From NCBI GenBank assembly GCA_964540895.1, contig CAZIOP010000001.1, positions 187,596 through 251,595 on the forward strand: a DNA stretch of 64,000 nt, written 5' to 3'. Within the stretch, counting starts at the first letter, position 1; each line of letters starts with the position of its first letter. The DNA comes from an uncultured Gammaproteobacteria bacterium (lineage in GTDB: Bacteria > Patescibacteriota > Patescibacteriia > Patescibacteriales > Patescibacteriaceae). This document shows positions 53,401-61,654 of this stretch, piece by piece. Below the pieces are notes generated by a model. The model searched no databases and was not told the origin of the DNA. It saw nothing but the letters and a program-made list of their open reading frames with translations. A program made the translations under genes and the position numbers.

Positions 53401-54735
53401 ATGAAGAAATCAATCAAAAATATACTACTTGTCGCTTTACCAATTATGTTGGTAGCGGTCAGTATGTTACCGTTTTATAACGTTGAAAGTAAGATTAAGG
53501 GTTACCACTCAGGTGACGCTGTTTCCTATAACGAAAACATTGTTATTGCCACAACAAATAGTGGAGATCTTGAGTTATTTAAAATGAACCCATCAGATCA
53601 GAATTTAGTAAAATTTGTTAATTTCACTTCTTATAATGATCGATTTGGAACACCTCAGGATTTTATGGATGTTATGCTGCAAATTGAAAATGATTCATTA
53701 TTTGTGTATGCAGTTAATGGACGTTCATTATTTAAATATAATATTAGTGATTTAGAACATGCTCAAATCGTTCAGGAGGTTAAAGACGGCGGTTGGGATT
53801 GGTTTGGCGGTCTACAAATGATCGGTGGTCATGTTGCTACTACTGGCTCTCGAGGAGTTAAAATATGGAATAATGACTTACAAGTAATTGATACTTATAA
53901 CATTATCAATCCGGGTGATAAGACATATAATACAACTCCAGCTTTTAGTAATAAATATATTTTTACTCTGTATCAAGGCATGATTAAGATTTTTGATCGA
54001 GATAGTCGTAGTTTTGTTAAAGAAGTTCCAATTGATTTAAAGTGGGGTAGTGATTGGTACAAGCGAGAGTTATATAGTGACCCTGTAGAAAACGCTATGT
54101 ACGTTGTTGATGATGAAGCAGTACGAAAAATTGATTTTAATGGCCAGATTATAGACAGCTTTAAACATACTAGTAACTTAGGCTACGATGTTGTTCCTTC
54201 AACCAATACAGATTACATCTATTTCTCAGATGGTATTGGTGTTGTTAAACTTCGTGCCTCTAATTTAGATGTTGTTGCATACAAGCATACTATTGCTTTG
54301 GGTAACGGTCATGGATGGGCTATGGGAATGAAAGTTGTGAATGATTGCAATGGAGAAAAAATTGTATTATTTAATAATTCAAATATTATTATTCTTAATT
54401 CAAATCTTCAGCCTTTAAAAGCAAAGGGTAAAGTTATTACTGCTATTGCAACTAAGCCTGATACATATCCAGATATTAATGAACCGTTATCATTATCAAT
54501 CGATAAAAATCGCGCCGCTAGTGGATCTCAGGTGTTGTTGTCTGGTAAGGGCTTTGGTGCTAATGAACCGTTAACTATTGAATTTTTGGATGATAGAACA
54601 GAATTAACAGCTGATGGTTTTGGCAGATTCTCACGTATATTAACAGTTCCTTCTTCCTTACATAAATTAACTGATATTAAAGTAAAGGGTGCATTAACTT
54701 CTTTCAAGTATAGCTTAGGTTTTGAGATTGAATAA
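53401..54735 (+). CDS. secreted beta-propeller-like hypothetical protein with a C-terminal Ig-like domain
   Basis: Signal/anchor ILLVALPIMLVAVSML. Repetitive beta-rich body. C-terminal LSIDKNRAASGSQVLLSGKGFGANEPLTIEF (IPT-like). Confidence 0.65.
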   Translation: MKKSIKNILLVALPIMLVAVSMLPFYNVESKIKGYHSGDAVSYNENIVIATTNSGDLELFKMNPSDQNLVKFVNFTSYNDRFGTPQDFMDVMLQIENDSLFVYAVNGRSLFKYNISDLEHAQIVQEVKDGGWDWFGGLQMIGGHVATTGSRGVKIWNNDLQVIDTYNIINPGDKTYNTTPAFSNKYIFTLYQGMIKIFDRDSRSFVKEVPIDLKWGSDWYKRELYSDPVENAMYVVDDEAVRKIDFNGQIIDSFKHTSNLGYDVVPSTNTDYIYFSDGIGVVKLRASNLDVVAYKHTIALGNGHGWAMGMKVVNDCNGEKIVLFNNSNIIILNSNLQPLKAKGKVITAIATKPDTYPDINEPLSLSIDKNRAASGSQVLLSGKGFGANEPLTIEFLDDRTELTADGFGRFSRILTVPSSLHKLTDIKVKGALTSFKYSLGFEIE

Positions 54736-54758
54736 TTATTTATTCATTATTATAAATT

Positions 54759-55922
54759 ATGAAGATTGCTTTTATCGGACAAAAAGGAATTCCTTCAACT
54801 GGAGGTGGAGTTGAAAAACATGTGGAAGAATTAGCTGTGTCATTAGTAGCTAAAGGCCACAGTGTTTTAGCCTATACAAGACCCCATTATACCGATAAAC
54901 AGCTACGAACATATAGAGGTGTATCATTAATAAGTTTACCAAGTATTAGTTTAAAGAACCTTGATGCTATTTCCCATACCTTTTTTGCCATTATTGATTT
55001 AATAAAGCACGATGTTGATATCGTTCACTTCCATGGTATTGGGCCATCTTCATTACTGTGGTTGGCTAGAATTGTTAAACCACGAGCTCGGATTATTGGT
55101 ACATTCCACTGCCAGGATTATTATCACAAGAAATGGAGTTGGTTTGCTCGAACATATTTAAAATTTGGTGAATGGGTATTATGTACTAAGGCTGACACAA
55201 CAATTGCTGTATCCCATTCATTGGCCCATTATGCAGATTTAACTTACGGAAAGTCAGTTACGTATATACCAAATGGAGTTTATCCATCTGATTTCTTGGA
55301 AGCCAAAGAAATAACAAAATGGGGATTACAAAAAGGTAATTATATTTTGGCTGTTTCTCGATTAATTCCTCATAAAGGTTTACATCATTTGATAAAGGCT
55401 TTTAAATCAGTACAGACTGATAAGAGATTAGTAATTGTTGGTGATGGTTCATATACTGATTTATATATTAACGAATTACATAAATTAGCCGCTTCTGATG
55501 ATCGTGTAATCATGACTGGTGCTCAAACTGGAGTTGCTCTACAAGAACTGTTTAGTAATGCCTTCTTGTTTGTTCAACCATCTGAGTCAGAAGGATTATC
55601 AATTGCTTTACTTGAAGCAATGTCTTTTGCTTGCCCAGTCTTAGTTAGTGATATTCCTGAAAATTTAGAGGCAGCAGGTAATGCTGGGTCATCTTTTATC
55701 TGTAATAATGTAGATGATTTATCTAGTAAGTTACAAGAATTAGTTACAAGTGATGAATTAACAGCTATGGGTAGTGCTGGTCAAGAACGTGTTGCTAAAG
55801 AATATAATTGGCTACATATCACTAAAGCAACAGAAAATGTATATGAAGATCAGTTAGCTTCTCAAGTGGAAAAGCAATTAAAGCATGTACAAACACTGAG
55901 CCGTTTTTCAACTTTTGTGTAA
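54759..55922 (+). CDS. glycosyltransferase family 4 (GT-B, group 1)
   Basis: MKIAFIGQKGIPSTGGGVEKHV and SESEGLSIALLEAMSFACPVLVSD motifs. Confidence 0.88.
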   Translation: MKIAFIGQKGIPSTGGGVEKHVEELAVSLVAKGHSVLAYTRPHYTDKQLRTYRGVSLISLPSISLKNLDAISHTFFAIIDLIKHDVDIVHFHGIGPSSLLWLARIVKPRARIIGTFHCQDYYHKKWSWFARTYLKFGEWVLCTKADTTIAVSHSLAHYADLTYGKSVTYIPNGVYPSDFLEAKEITKWGLQKGNYILAVSRLIPHKGLHHLIKAFKSVQTDKRLVIVGDGSYTDLYINELHKLAASDDRVIMTGAQTGVALQELFSNAFLFVQPSESEGLSIALLEAMSFACPVLVSDIPENLEAAGNAGSSFICNNVDDLSSKLQELVTSDELTAMGSAGQERVAKEYNWLHITKATENVYEDQLASQVEKQLKHVQTLSRFSTFV

Positions 55923-56036
55923 GAGTATTTTTTGCTCTCGTTTTATATGAGAGTGAGCTAATGGGCTTACCCAGAAATATTTACATTAAAAAAATTCATA
56001 AATTAAAAACCCCTAAAATAGGGGAAGGAGACAGTA

Positions 56037-57203
56037 ATGATTCAGCAAAAGATATTTTATCTTGTTTTACTTTTTTGCTCTGTTTTAATAATAAACGGAT
56101 GTGAAAACACTTATGACCCTGTTGGTTCAACACCGATAACAAACACTGATCAAGTGCATGCGGTTATTGGATTAAATGATAATCCTTTCGGACCTGACAG
56201 GGTTGATTCGGTATTAACTAACCGATTGACAGTAATATCAAGTCTTTTCTCCACGGGGAATATTGTAAGAAGAGAATGGAGGGTATATCGCTTAAGAACC
56301 GGATTGTTAATTCAAACCGATACGGTTACATTTTTATCACCAACTTTTTTAGCCCAAGATACGTTGGTCTATAAATTAAAAGTTTTTGGAAATAACGGTT
56401 CTGTCGATTCAGCGAAATTAACATTACGCATTTTAAATTCTTTCGGAGTTGGATCTTCTGGAGATATTTCTCTCTATAGCTATGGGAGTGGTGAATATAA
56501 ACTCTTGCTTCCTTATGGAAGAATTGATCTGCAGATCCTCACAAATCCAAAATCAGTTGGTACCCACACCGGATGGAATAATCCAATGCCGTTGACGGAT
56601 TCTGTTGTTGGCAGAGGCTACTTACTTCCACTGACAGTTGCTTCTCAGACGATTGTCGAATTTAACTATTTTGCTGGACAGAATATTTGGAGCATGGCAC
56701 AAGGAAGTCTTTATAAGACTCCTGGATCAGCTAATACATATTCTGTTAAATTCATAAACGGTAGTATATACCCAATTAATGGTGGGCCAGCAGTAATTGT
56801 ACCCGGAAGATTCGGAGATACTGTGGCTAGATATGACGCTACTGTAGATTCATTAATTATTTATCCTAACCATCTTTGGATTCCGATACCAATCGGAACA
56901 CCGTGGATAGAAATGAATCTTTATTCATTTGTGCCAAAACATCAGTCAGTATATGGAAATACCGATTACGGTCGTATAGCGGTACCAATATCATTGGTTC
57001 GTTCTTATCAGAATCAAATAAAATATCGTTTCGGCGGTAATTTGGTAGCAGATATGACTCATTCACCTATATATAACTCAGGTTATCTTGTCTTTCAGTT
57101 TGTGAGTCCGCGACCCATAAACGATCCGTGGCAGGTTGGCGATAAAGTAAAGGTTATAGGACCAAGTGGTCAAATTGAAGAAATCATTATAAAAAGCAGC
57201 TAA
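56037..57203 (+). CDS. predicted lipoprotein (lipobox-like IINGC), unknown function, strong SD
   Basis: gaaggagacagtaATG. MIQQKIFYLVLLFCSVLIINGC signal ending in Cys. No family recognised. Confidence 0.65.
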   Translation: MIQQKIFYLVLLFCSVLIINGCENTYDPVGSTPITNTDQVHAVIGLNDNPFGPDRVDSVLTNRLTVISSLFSTGNIVRREWRVYRLRTGLLIQTDTVTFLSPTFLAQDTLVYKLKVFGNNGSVDSAKLTLRILNSFGVGSSGDISLYSYGSGEYKLLLPYGRIDLQILTNPKSVGTHTGWNNPMPLTDSVVGRGYLLPLTVASQTIVEFNYFAGQNIWSMAQGSLYKTPGSANTYSVKFINGSIYPINGGPAVIVPGRFGDTVARYDATVDSLIIYPNHLWIPIPIGTPWIEMNLYSFVPKHQSVYGNTDYGRIAVPISLVRSYQNQIKYRFGGNLVADMTHSPIYNSGYLVFQFVSPRPINDPWQVGDKVKVIGPSGQIEEIIIKSS

Positions 57204-57208
57204 CTACA

Positions 57209-57254
57209 CCCCCTTATTCGAATAAAAAAATTTGATTAAGGGGGGATTTTTTTT
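57209..57254 (+). terminator. intrinsic terminator after the lipoprotein gene
   Basis: ccccctta-N20-taaggggg followed by T8. Confidence 0.75.
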
Positions 57255-57284
57255 ATTCAGGAAATAGTTTATACTAATTAAACT

Positions 57285-57584
57285 ATGAAACTACTAATCA
57301 ATGAAGAAATAAAGGTTAGAGATAAAAAACAGAATATTTTTTCTTTTATTGAAAAATTTTTGACTTCAAACCATAAATCACTGGGTGAACTTACTTCAAT
57401 TGAGGTCCAAAATACCGGTGAAGGCTTTACTACAACTCGTGTACGGGTAACTATTGCCAATGCCTTAGCCTACGCTCTAGGTATACCAATTAAGCCAACC
57501 ACAGGAAAAACACTAAAGAAACAGGGGATTGAGATGGTAGAACCTCTGTACTCTCAACCGCCTAATATTACTACCAAAAAATAG
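57285..57584 (+). CDS. short TsaB-like protein (99 aa; resembles only the central part of tRNA t6A protein TsaB), tentative
   Basis: NTGEGFTTTRVRVTIANALAYALGIPI parallels the TsaB GPGSFTGLRIGvatAkgLA..l.iP segment, but the ORF is less than half normal TsaB length. Confidence 0.4.
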   Translation: MKLLINEEIKVRDKKQNIFSFIEKFLTSNHKSLGELTSIEVQNTGEGFTTTRVRVTIANALAYALGIPIKPTTGKTLKKQGIEMVEPLYSQPPNITTKK

Positions 57585-57718
57585 CTAATTTTTTTAGATT
57601 TGTAACATTTTTGTTTCTTCCTCGTAAACCGCCTTGTGCATAACTGTCGGTTTTTTTATTTTCTCGTAATTTTTTTGTCTAATCATAAGGTAAATATGGT
57701 TGTTGTGGAGTAAATGGA

Positions 57719-57747
57719 TTGACCTGACCCAAAAAATGGTGTATAAT
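57719..57747 (+). promoter_or_regulatory. dcw promoter TTGACC-17-TATAAT (TGTATAAT)
   Basis: TTGACC at 57719-57724 and TATAAT at 57742-57747. Confidence 0.6.
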
Positions 57748-57758
57748 TACATTGATGA

Positions 57759-57790
57759 GGTGAAAAGTGGGGAATTGTGGATAAGGTGTT
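57759..57790 (+). promoter_or_regulatory. MraZ-box-like direct repeats (GTGG) just downstream of the dcw promoter
   Basis: aGGTGaaaaGTGGggaattGTGGataagGTGtt. GTGG at 57767 and 57777 (10-bp phasing), GTG at 57760 and 57786. Extra GTGGAG at 57705. Confidence 0.45.
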
Positions 57791-57825
57791 ACTAAGTTCT
57801 CCTCAAGGCTCCTCAAAAATCTTTT

Positions 57826-58254
57826 ATGTTCATAGGTGAATATAGCCACACGATTGATGACAAAGGCAGAGTTGCCGTTCCTGCAAAGTTTCGCCAGCTC
57901 TTACGCGGCGGAGCTGTGGTGACTCGGGGTTTAGATAATTGTTTGGTAGTTTACCCAAAGAAAGAATGGGCCAAACTAGCTGAGAAAATCTCAGCATTGC
58001 CATTTAACAAAGCCAATGACCGTAGTCTCGCTAGATTTATTTTAGCTGGAGCTATGGATGTTGACTTTGATGGACAGGGAAGAGTTACATTACCGGAATA
58101 TTTAAGAGATTTTGCCAAGCTAGCAAAGAAAGCAGTGGTTGCCGGAATATATAACCGTTTGGAAATTTGGAATGAAGAGGCTTGGAACAAATTTAAAGCT
58201 GAAACAGAAAAACAGAGTAATCAGATTGCAGAAGCCTTGGGAGAAATAAATTAA
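57826..58254 (+). CDS. mraZ: transcriptional regulator MraZ
   Basis: MFIGEYSHTIDDKGRVAVPAKFR and a second DGQGRVTLP SpoVT/AbrB-like repeat. Confidence 0.95.
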   Translation: MFIGEYSHTIDDKGRVAVPAKFRQLLRGGAVVTRGLDNCLVVYPKKEWAKLAEKISALPFNKANDRSLARFILAGAMDVDFDGQGRVTLPEYLRDFAKLAKKAVVAGIYNRLEIWNEEAWNKFKAETEKQSNQIAEALGEIN

Positions 58255-58259
58255 CAAGA

Positions 58260-59210
58260 ATGTATCAACACACACCAGTACTGCTTACGGAAGTTATGAA
58301 GTTTCTTGATCCAAAGCCGGGAGAACGGATTATTGATGCGACTTTGGGTGGTGGAGGATATAGTTTAGCCATTTCAGAAAAAGTAGGAGATAAAGGTTCA
58401 GTATTAGCTCTTGATCTGGATGAGATGGCCCTTGAACATGCCAAATTAAAAATTGCCGATGGTAACATCGGCAATATAACTTTAAACCATGCAAATTTTA
58501 AAGATATTGCGCGCGTTGCAGAGGCCGAATTTGGCTCGTCACCTAATGTGGCTGGGGTTGTCTTTGATTTGGGGTTATCATCAGGTCAACTCGAAGATCG
58601 ATCTCGCGGATTTTCTTTTCAGGAGGATGTACCGTTAAACATGGCCTTTGGTTCTTTGATTAATTCTCATACAACATTTCATGTAGTAAACAGCACACCA
58701 GTTGATGAACTCGCTCGGATAATTGGTCGCTACGGTGAAGAACGCTTCGCCCGCCCAATTGCCCGCGCGATTGAATCAGTACGCAAGGTTGCTCCAATTA
58801 CTACCACTGGTGAACTAGTAGCTGCCATTCAGAAAGGTGTTCCGCCAGCTAACCGTCATCAGTCTCGTATTCATTTTGCCACCAGGACCTTTCAAGCACT
58901 TCGTATTGCTACCAATGATGAACTAGCAAATTTAGAAACAGCATTGGCATCATTACACGGCATAATGAAACCAGGAGGCAGAATTGTAGTAGTTTCATTT
59001 CATAGTCTTGAGGATCGTATTGTAAAGCAATTTTTTAAAAAAGAAAGTACAAGTTGTGTCTGTCCACCAAATTTCCCAGTTTGTCGGTGTGGTCATACAG
59101 CAACTTTAGAAATTCTAACTAAGAAAGTTATTACAGCTTCGGCTGATGAAATTAAACAAAATCCTAGGTCTCGTAGTGCTAAATTACGAGCTGCCCTAAT
59201 AAAAAAATAA
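58260..59210 (+). CDS. rsmH: 16S rRNA (cytosine1402-N4)-methyltransferase RsmH
   Basis: HTPVLL, DATLGGGGYS, DLGLSSGQL, SFHSLEDRIVK motifs. Confidence 0.95.
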   Translation: MYQHTPVLLTEVMKFLDPKPGERIIDATLGGGGYSLAISEKVGDKGSVLALDLDEMALEHAKLKIADGNIGNITLNHANFKDIARVAEAEFGSSPNVAGVVFDLGLSSGQLEDRSRGFSFQEDVPLNMAFGSLINSHTTFHVVNSTPVDELARIIGRYGEERFARPIARAIESVRKVAPITTTGELVAAIQKGVPPANRHQSRIHFATRTFQALRIATNDELANLETALASLHGIMKPGGRIVVVSFHSLEDRIVKQFFKKESTSCVCPPNFPVCRCGHTATLEILTKKVITASADEIKQNPRSRSAKLRAALIKK

Positions 59211-59216
59211 AAAAAT

Positions 59217-59519
59217 ATGTCTGACTCCGCTTTCTCCATTAACTTGCGTACACTTAATACAGTGTTACTATTTGCCTTAATTGTTGGTGCGGTTACGTAT
59301 TTCTTTACTACTACTAGTCTTTCCACTAAAGGCTTTGCTTTTAAAGAATTAAAAGAGCAGTCCATGAAATTAGCAGACGACAAGCAACAGATGGAGAGTC
59401 AGATTACAGCCCTAGCCTCATATCAGAATTTAGATGCCCGTATTAAAAATCTACCCTTAGTAGCTTCTAAGGATATCGCCTATATTTCGTGGGGCAGCTC
59501 TGTAGTTGCTCGTAAATAA
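59217..59519 (+). CDS. ftsL: FtsL-like cell-division protein (single TM plus coiled coil)
   Basis: Position between rsmH and ftsI. TM VLLFALIVGAVTYFF followed by a helical segment. Confidence 0.6.
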   Translation: MSDSAFSINLRTLNTVLLFALIVGAVTYFFTTTSLSTKGFAFKELKEQSMKLADDKQQMESQITALASYQNLDARIKNLPLVASKDIAYISWGSSVVARK

Positions 59520-59539
59520 CCCCTTATTAAACAGCTTGT

Positions 59540-61639
59540 ATGATGGTCCGGTCCTCGCGACGAAACAGTGCTTCACCTAGTCCGCACCATAATAGCTTTA
59601 ACCGCTCGACCGGCGTCGTAGCGGTTATTTTGTTATTGCTTGGTGGATTAGCCTTAAAACTGTGTTATTTGCAAATTGTTCGCCATGAACATTATGCTGA
59701 GGCAGCTTCAGACCAACACGAGGTTGAGCATAGTTTAAAACCAGCTCGTGGCAAGATATACATTCAAGAAAATTATTGGTCAGGTTCAGAATTATACCCC
59801 CTGGCTATTAACAAAGATTTTATTAGTTTGTTTGCAATTCCAAAAGATATTGAAAACCCAGGTGATACAGCTGAAAAATTATATATCTTCTTCAAAGAAG
59901 AGATAGTTAAAAAAGAAGTTGATTTACGTTTAGAAAAAGAACGAGAGGATCGATTAAAAAATGAATTGGAAACAATCAAAGATTTACCAGTGGAGCAACG
60001 AGCTACTAAAGAGCATGAGTTGCGGGTCTATCATGATATTCTATTGCATGATCCAGTCTTTCTTGATCTTGAAAATGAAAAACGTGAGCAGTTAGTGAAA
60101 GAACAACATGATATTATTGTTAGTAATTTCACGACTGCGTTAAGCAAAGAGAATGATACCTATGAGTCAATTGAGAAAAAATTAGAGCCAGAAAAGTTAG
60201 GTGAGTTCTATTTGTATATGCTTGGTCGAACTGATATTACTGGAAAAGATCTAGAAGTCAAAGATGGAAAAGTATTTCAAAAATCAGACAATTCAATTGT
60301 TGGAGTTAAGGGATTTAGCTATAACATCACAAACTATCGGTATTACCCAGAAAAAAATAGTGGTGCCCATGTCTTAGGTTTTGCTAGTTATGAAGATGAA
60401 GAACAACGTGGTAAGTATGGGTTGGAAGGTTTTTTTGATGAAGATTTATTTGGTGCTTTCGGAAATGTTCGTTCCGAACGAGGAGCTGGAGGTTTAGTAA
60501 TTGTGAATGACCGACAATCAACTAATCAAGTTGATGGCAAAAGTTTAGTTTTAACCATTGATCGTTCTGCTCAATTCACAGCTTGCCAGAAATTAAATGA
60601 AGCCGTAGAAAAGCACGGAGCTGATGGTGGTAGTGTTATTATAGTTGATCCTAAAACCGGAGCAATTCTTGCTATGTGCTCAGCGCCTGACTTTGATCCC
60701 AATGATTATCGGTTAGTAAAAGATATTAGCGTTTACAACAATCCGGTTGTTTTTGACCAATATGAACCAGGCTCAGTCTTTAAAGCCATCACCATGGCAG
60801 CCGCCCTTGATCAAGACAAAATTACACCTCAAACCACATATGTTGATAAAGGCCAGATTATGATTAAAGGTTGGCCTAAGCCAATTAAAAACTCTGACTT
60901 TGAAACAGCTGGAGGTCATGGTGTGACTAACATGGTGTCAGTCTTAGAAAAATCTCTTAACACCGGTGCTATTTTTGCCATGGAGCAAGTTGGTAGTAAA
61001 AAATTTAGTGAATATGTACGAGCTTTTGGCTTTGGAGAGAAAACTGGTATTGAATTAGAAGGGGAGAGTAAAGGTGATATTTCTAGTATCACCGGTGGAT
61101 TAGTCAAAGAAGTGTCAGCTGCGACTGCTTCGTTTGGACAAGGAATTTCTGTTACGCCTCTGCAAATGGTAATGTCATTTGCAGCTATTGCGAATGGTGG
61201 TGAACTGCTTAAACCTTACATTGTAAAAGAAATAATAAATCCTGATGGAGAACGTACCGTCACTACTAAGGCTCCGCCACGTCGTGTAATTTCTGAAAGA
61301 ACCGCATCTCTATTAACTGGCATGTTAGTGAATGTAGTCGAGAATGGACACTCGCAAGGTTTGAAAACACCTGGTTATTATATAGCTGGTAAAACTGGTA
61401 CAGCTCAAGTTGCTTCCTCAGTGACCAAAGGCTACAGTGATGCCTATAATCACACCTTTGTTGGCTATGCACCGGCTGAAAATCCCAGCTTTGTAATTCT
61501 GACTAAGATTAATAACCCGAAAGATGCACGGTATGCAGAATCAACAGCTGTTCCATTAGCTAGAGACATTACTCAATTTTTGCTTAATCAATGGGAAATA
61601 AAAAAAGATCGACCCCTTGAAAATAATCAGAAAAAGTAG
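59540..61639 (+). CDS. ftsI: class B penicillin-binding protein (FtsI/PBP2-type transpeptidase) with an unusually long charged insertion in the N-terminal module
   Basis: TM anchor, PBP dimer domain, transpeptidase motifs EPGSVFK (SxxK), SLN (SxN) and KTGTA. Confidence 0.9.
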   Translation: MMVRSSRRNSASPSPHHNSFNRSTGVVAVILLLLGGLALKLCYLQIVRHEHYAEAASDQHEVEHSLKPARGKIYIQENYWSGSELYPLAINKDFISLFAIPKDIENPGDTAEKLYIFFKEEIVKKEVDLRLEKEREDRLKNELETIKDLPVEQRATKEHELRVYHDILLHDPVFLDLENEKREQLVKEQHDIIVSNFTTALSKENDTYESIEKKLEPEKLGEFYLYMLGRTDITGKDLEVKDGKVFQKSDNSIVGVKGFSYNITNYRYYPEKNSGAHVLGFASYEDEEQRGKYGLEGFFDEDLFGAFGNVRSERGAGGLVIVNDRQSTNQVDGKSLVLTIDRSAQFTACQKLNEAVEKHGADGGSVIIVDPKTGAILAMCSAPDFDPNDYRLVKDISVYNNPVVFDQYEPGSVFKAITMAAALDQDKITPQTTYVDKGQIMIKGWPKPIKNSDFETAGGHGVTNMVSVLEKSLNTGAIFAMEQVGSKKFSEYVRAFGFGEKTGIELEGESKGDISSITGGLVKEVSAATASFGQGISVTPLQMVMSFAAIANGGELLKPYIVKEIINPDGERTVTTKAPPRRVISERTASLLTGMLVNVVENGHSQGLKTPGYYIAGKTGTAQVASSVTKGYSDAYNHTFVGYAPAENPSFVILTKINNPKDARYAESTAVPLARDITQFLLNQWEIKKDRPLENNQKK

Positions 61640-61654
61640 TATAGATAGGTAACT

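Noticed and set aside
24300-57260. Explaining all FCB-like genes as a chimeric assembly of two organisms.
   Set aside because: The odd genes occur at five or more separate positions interleaved with backbone genes. The T9SS cassette genes sit behind the same TTGACA-N14-TGA promoter type as backbone genes, and two further cassette promoters reuse backbone -10 hexamers. A single mis-join cannot produce that pattern. It still needs read-level confirmation, so this is listed as a check, not excluded outright.
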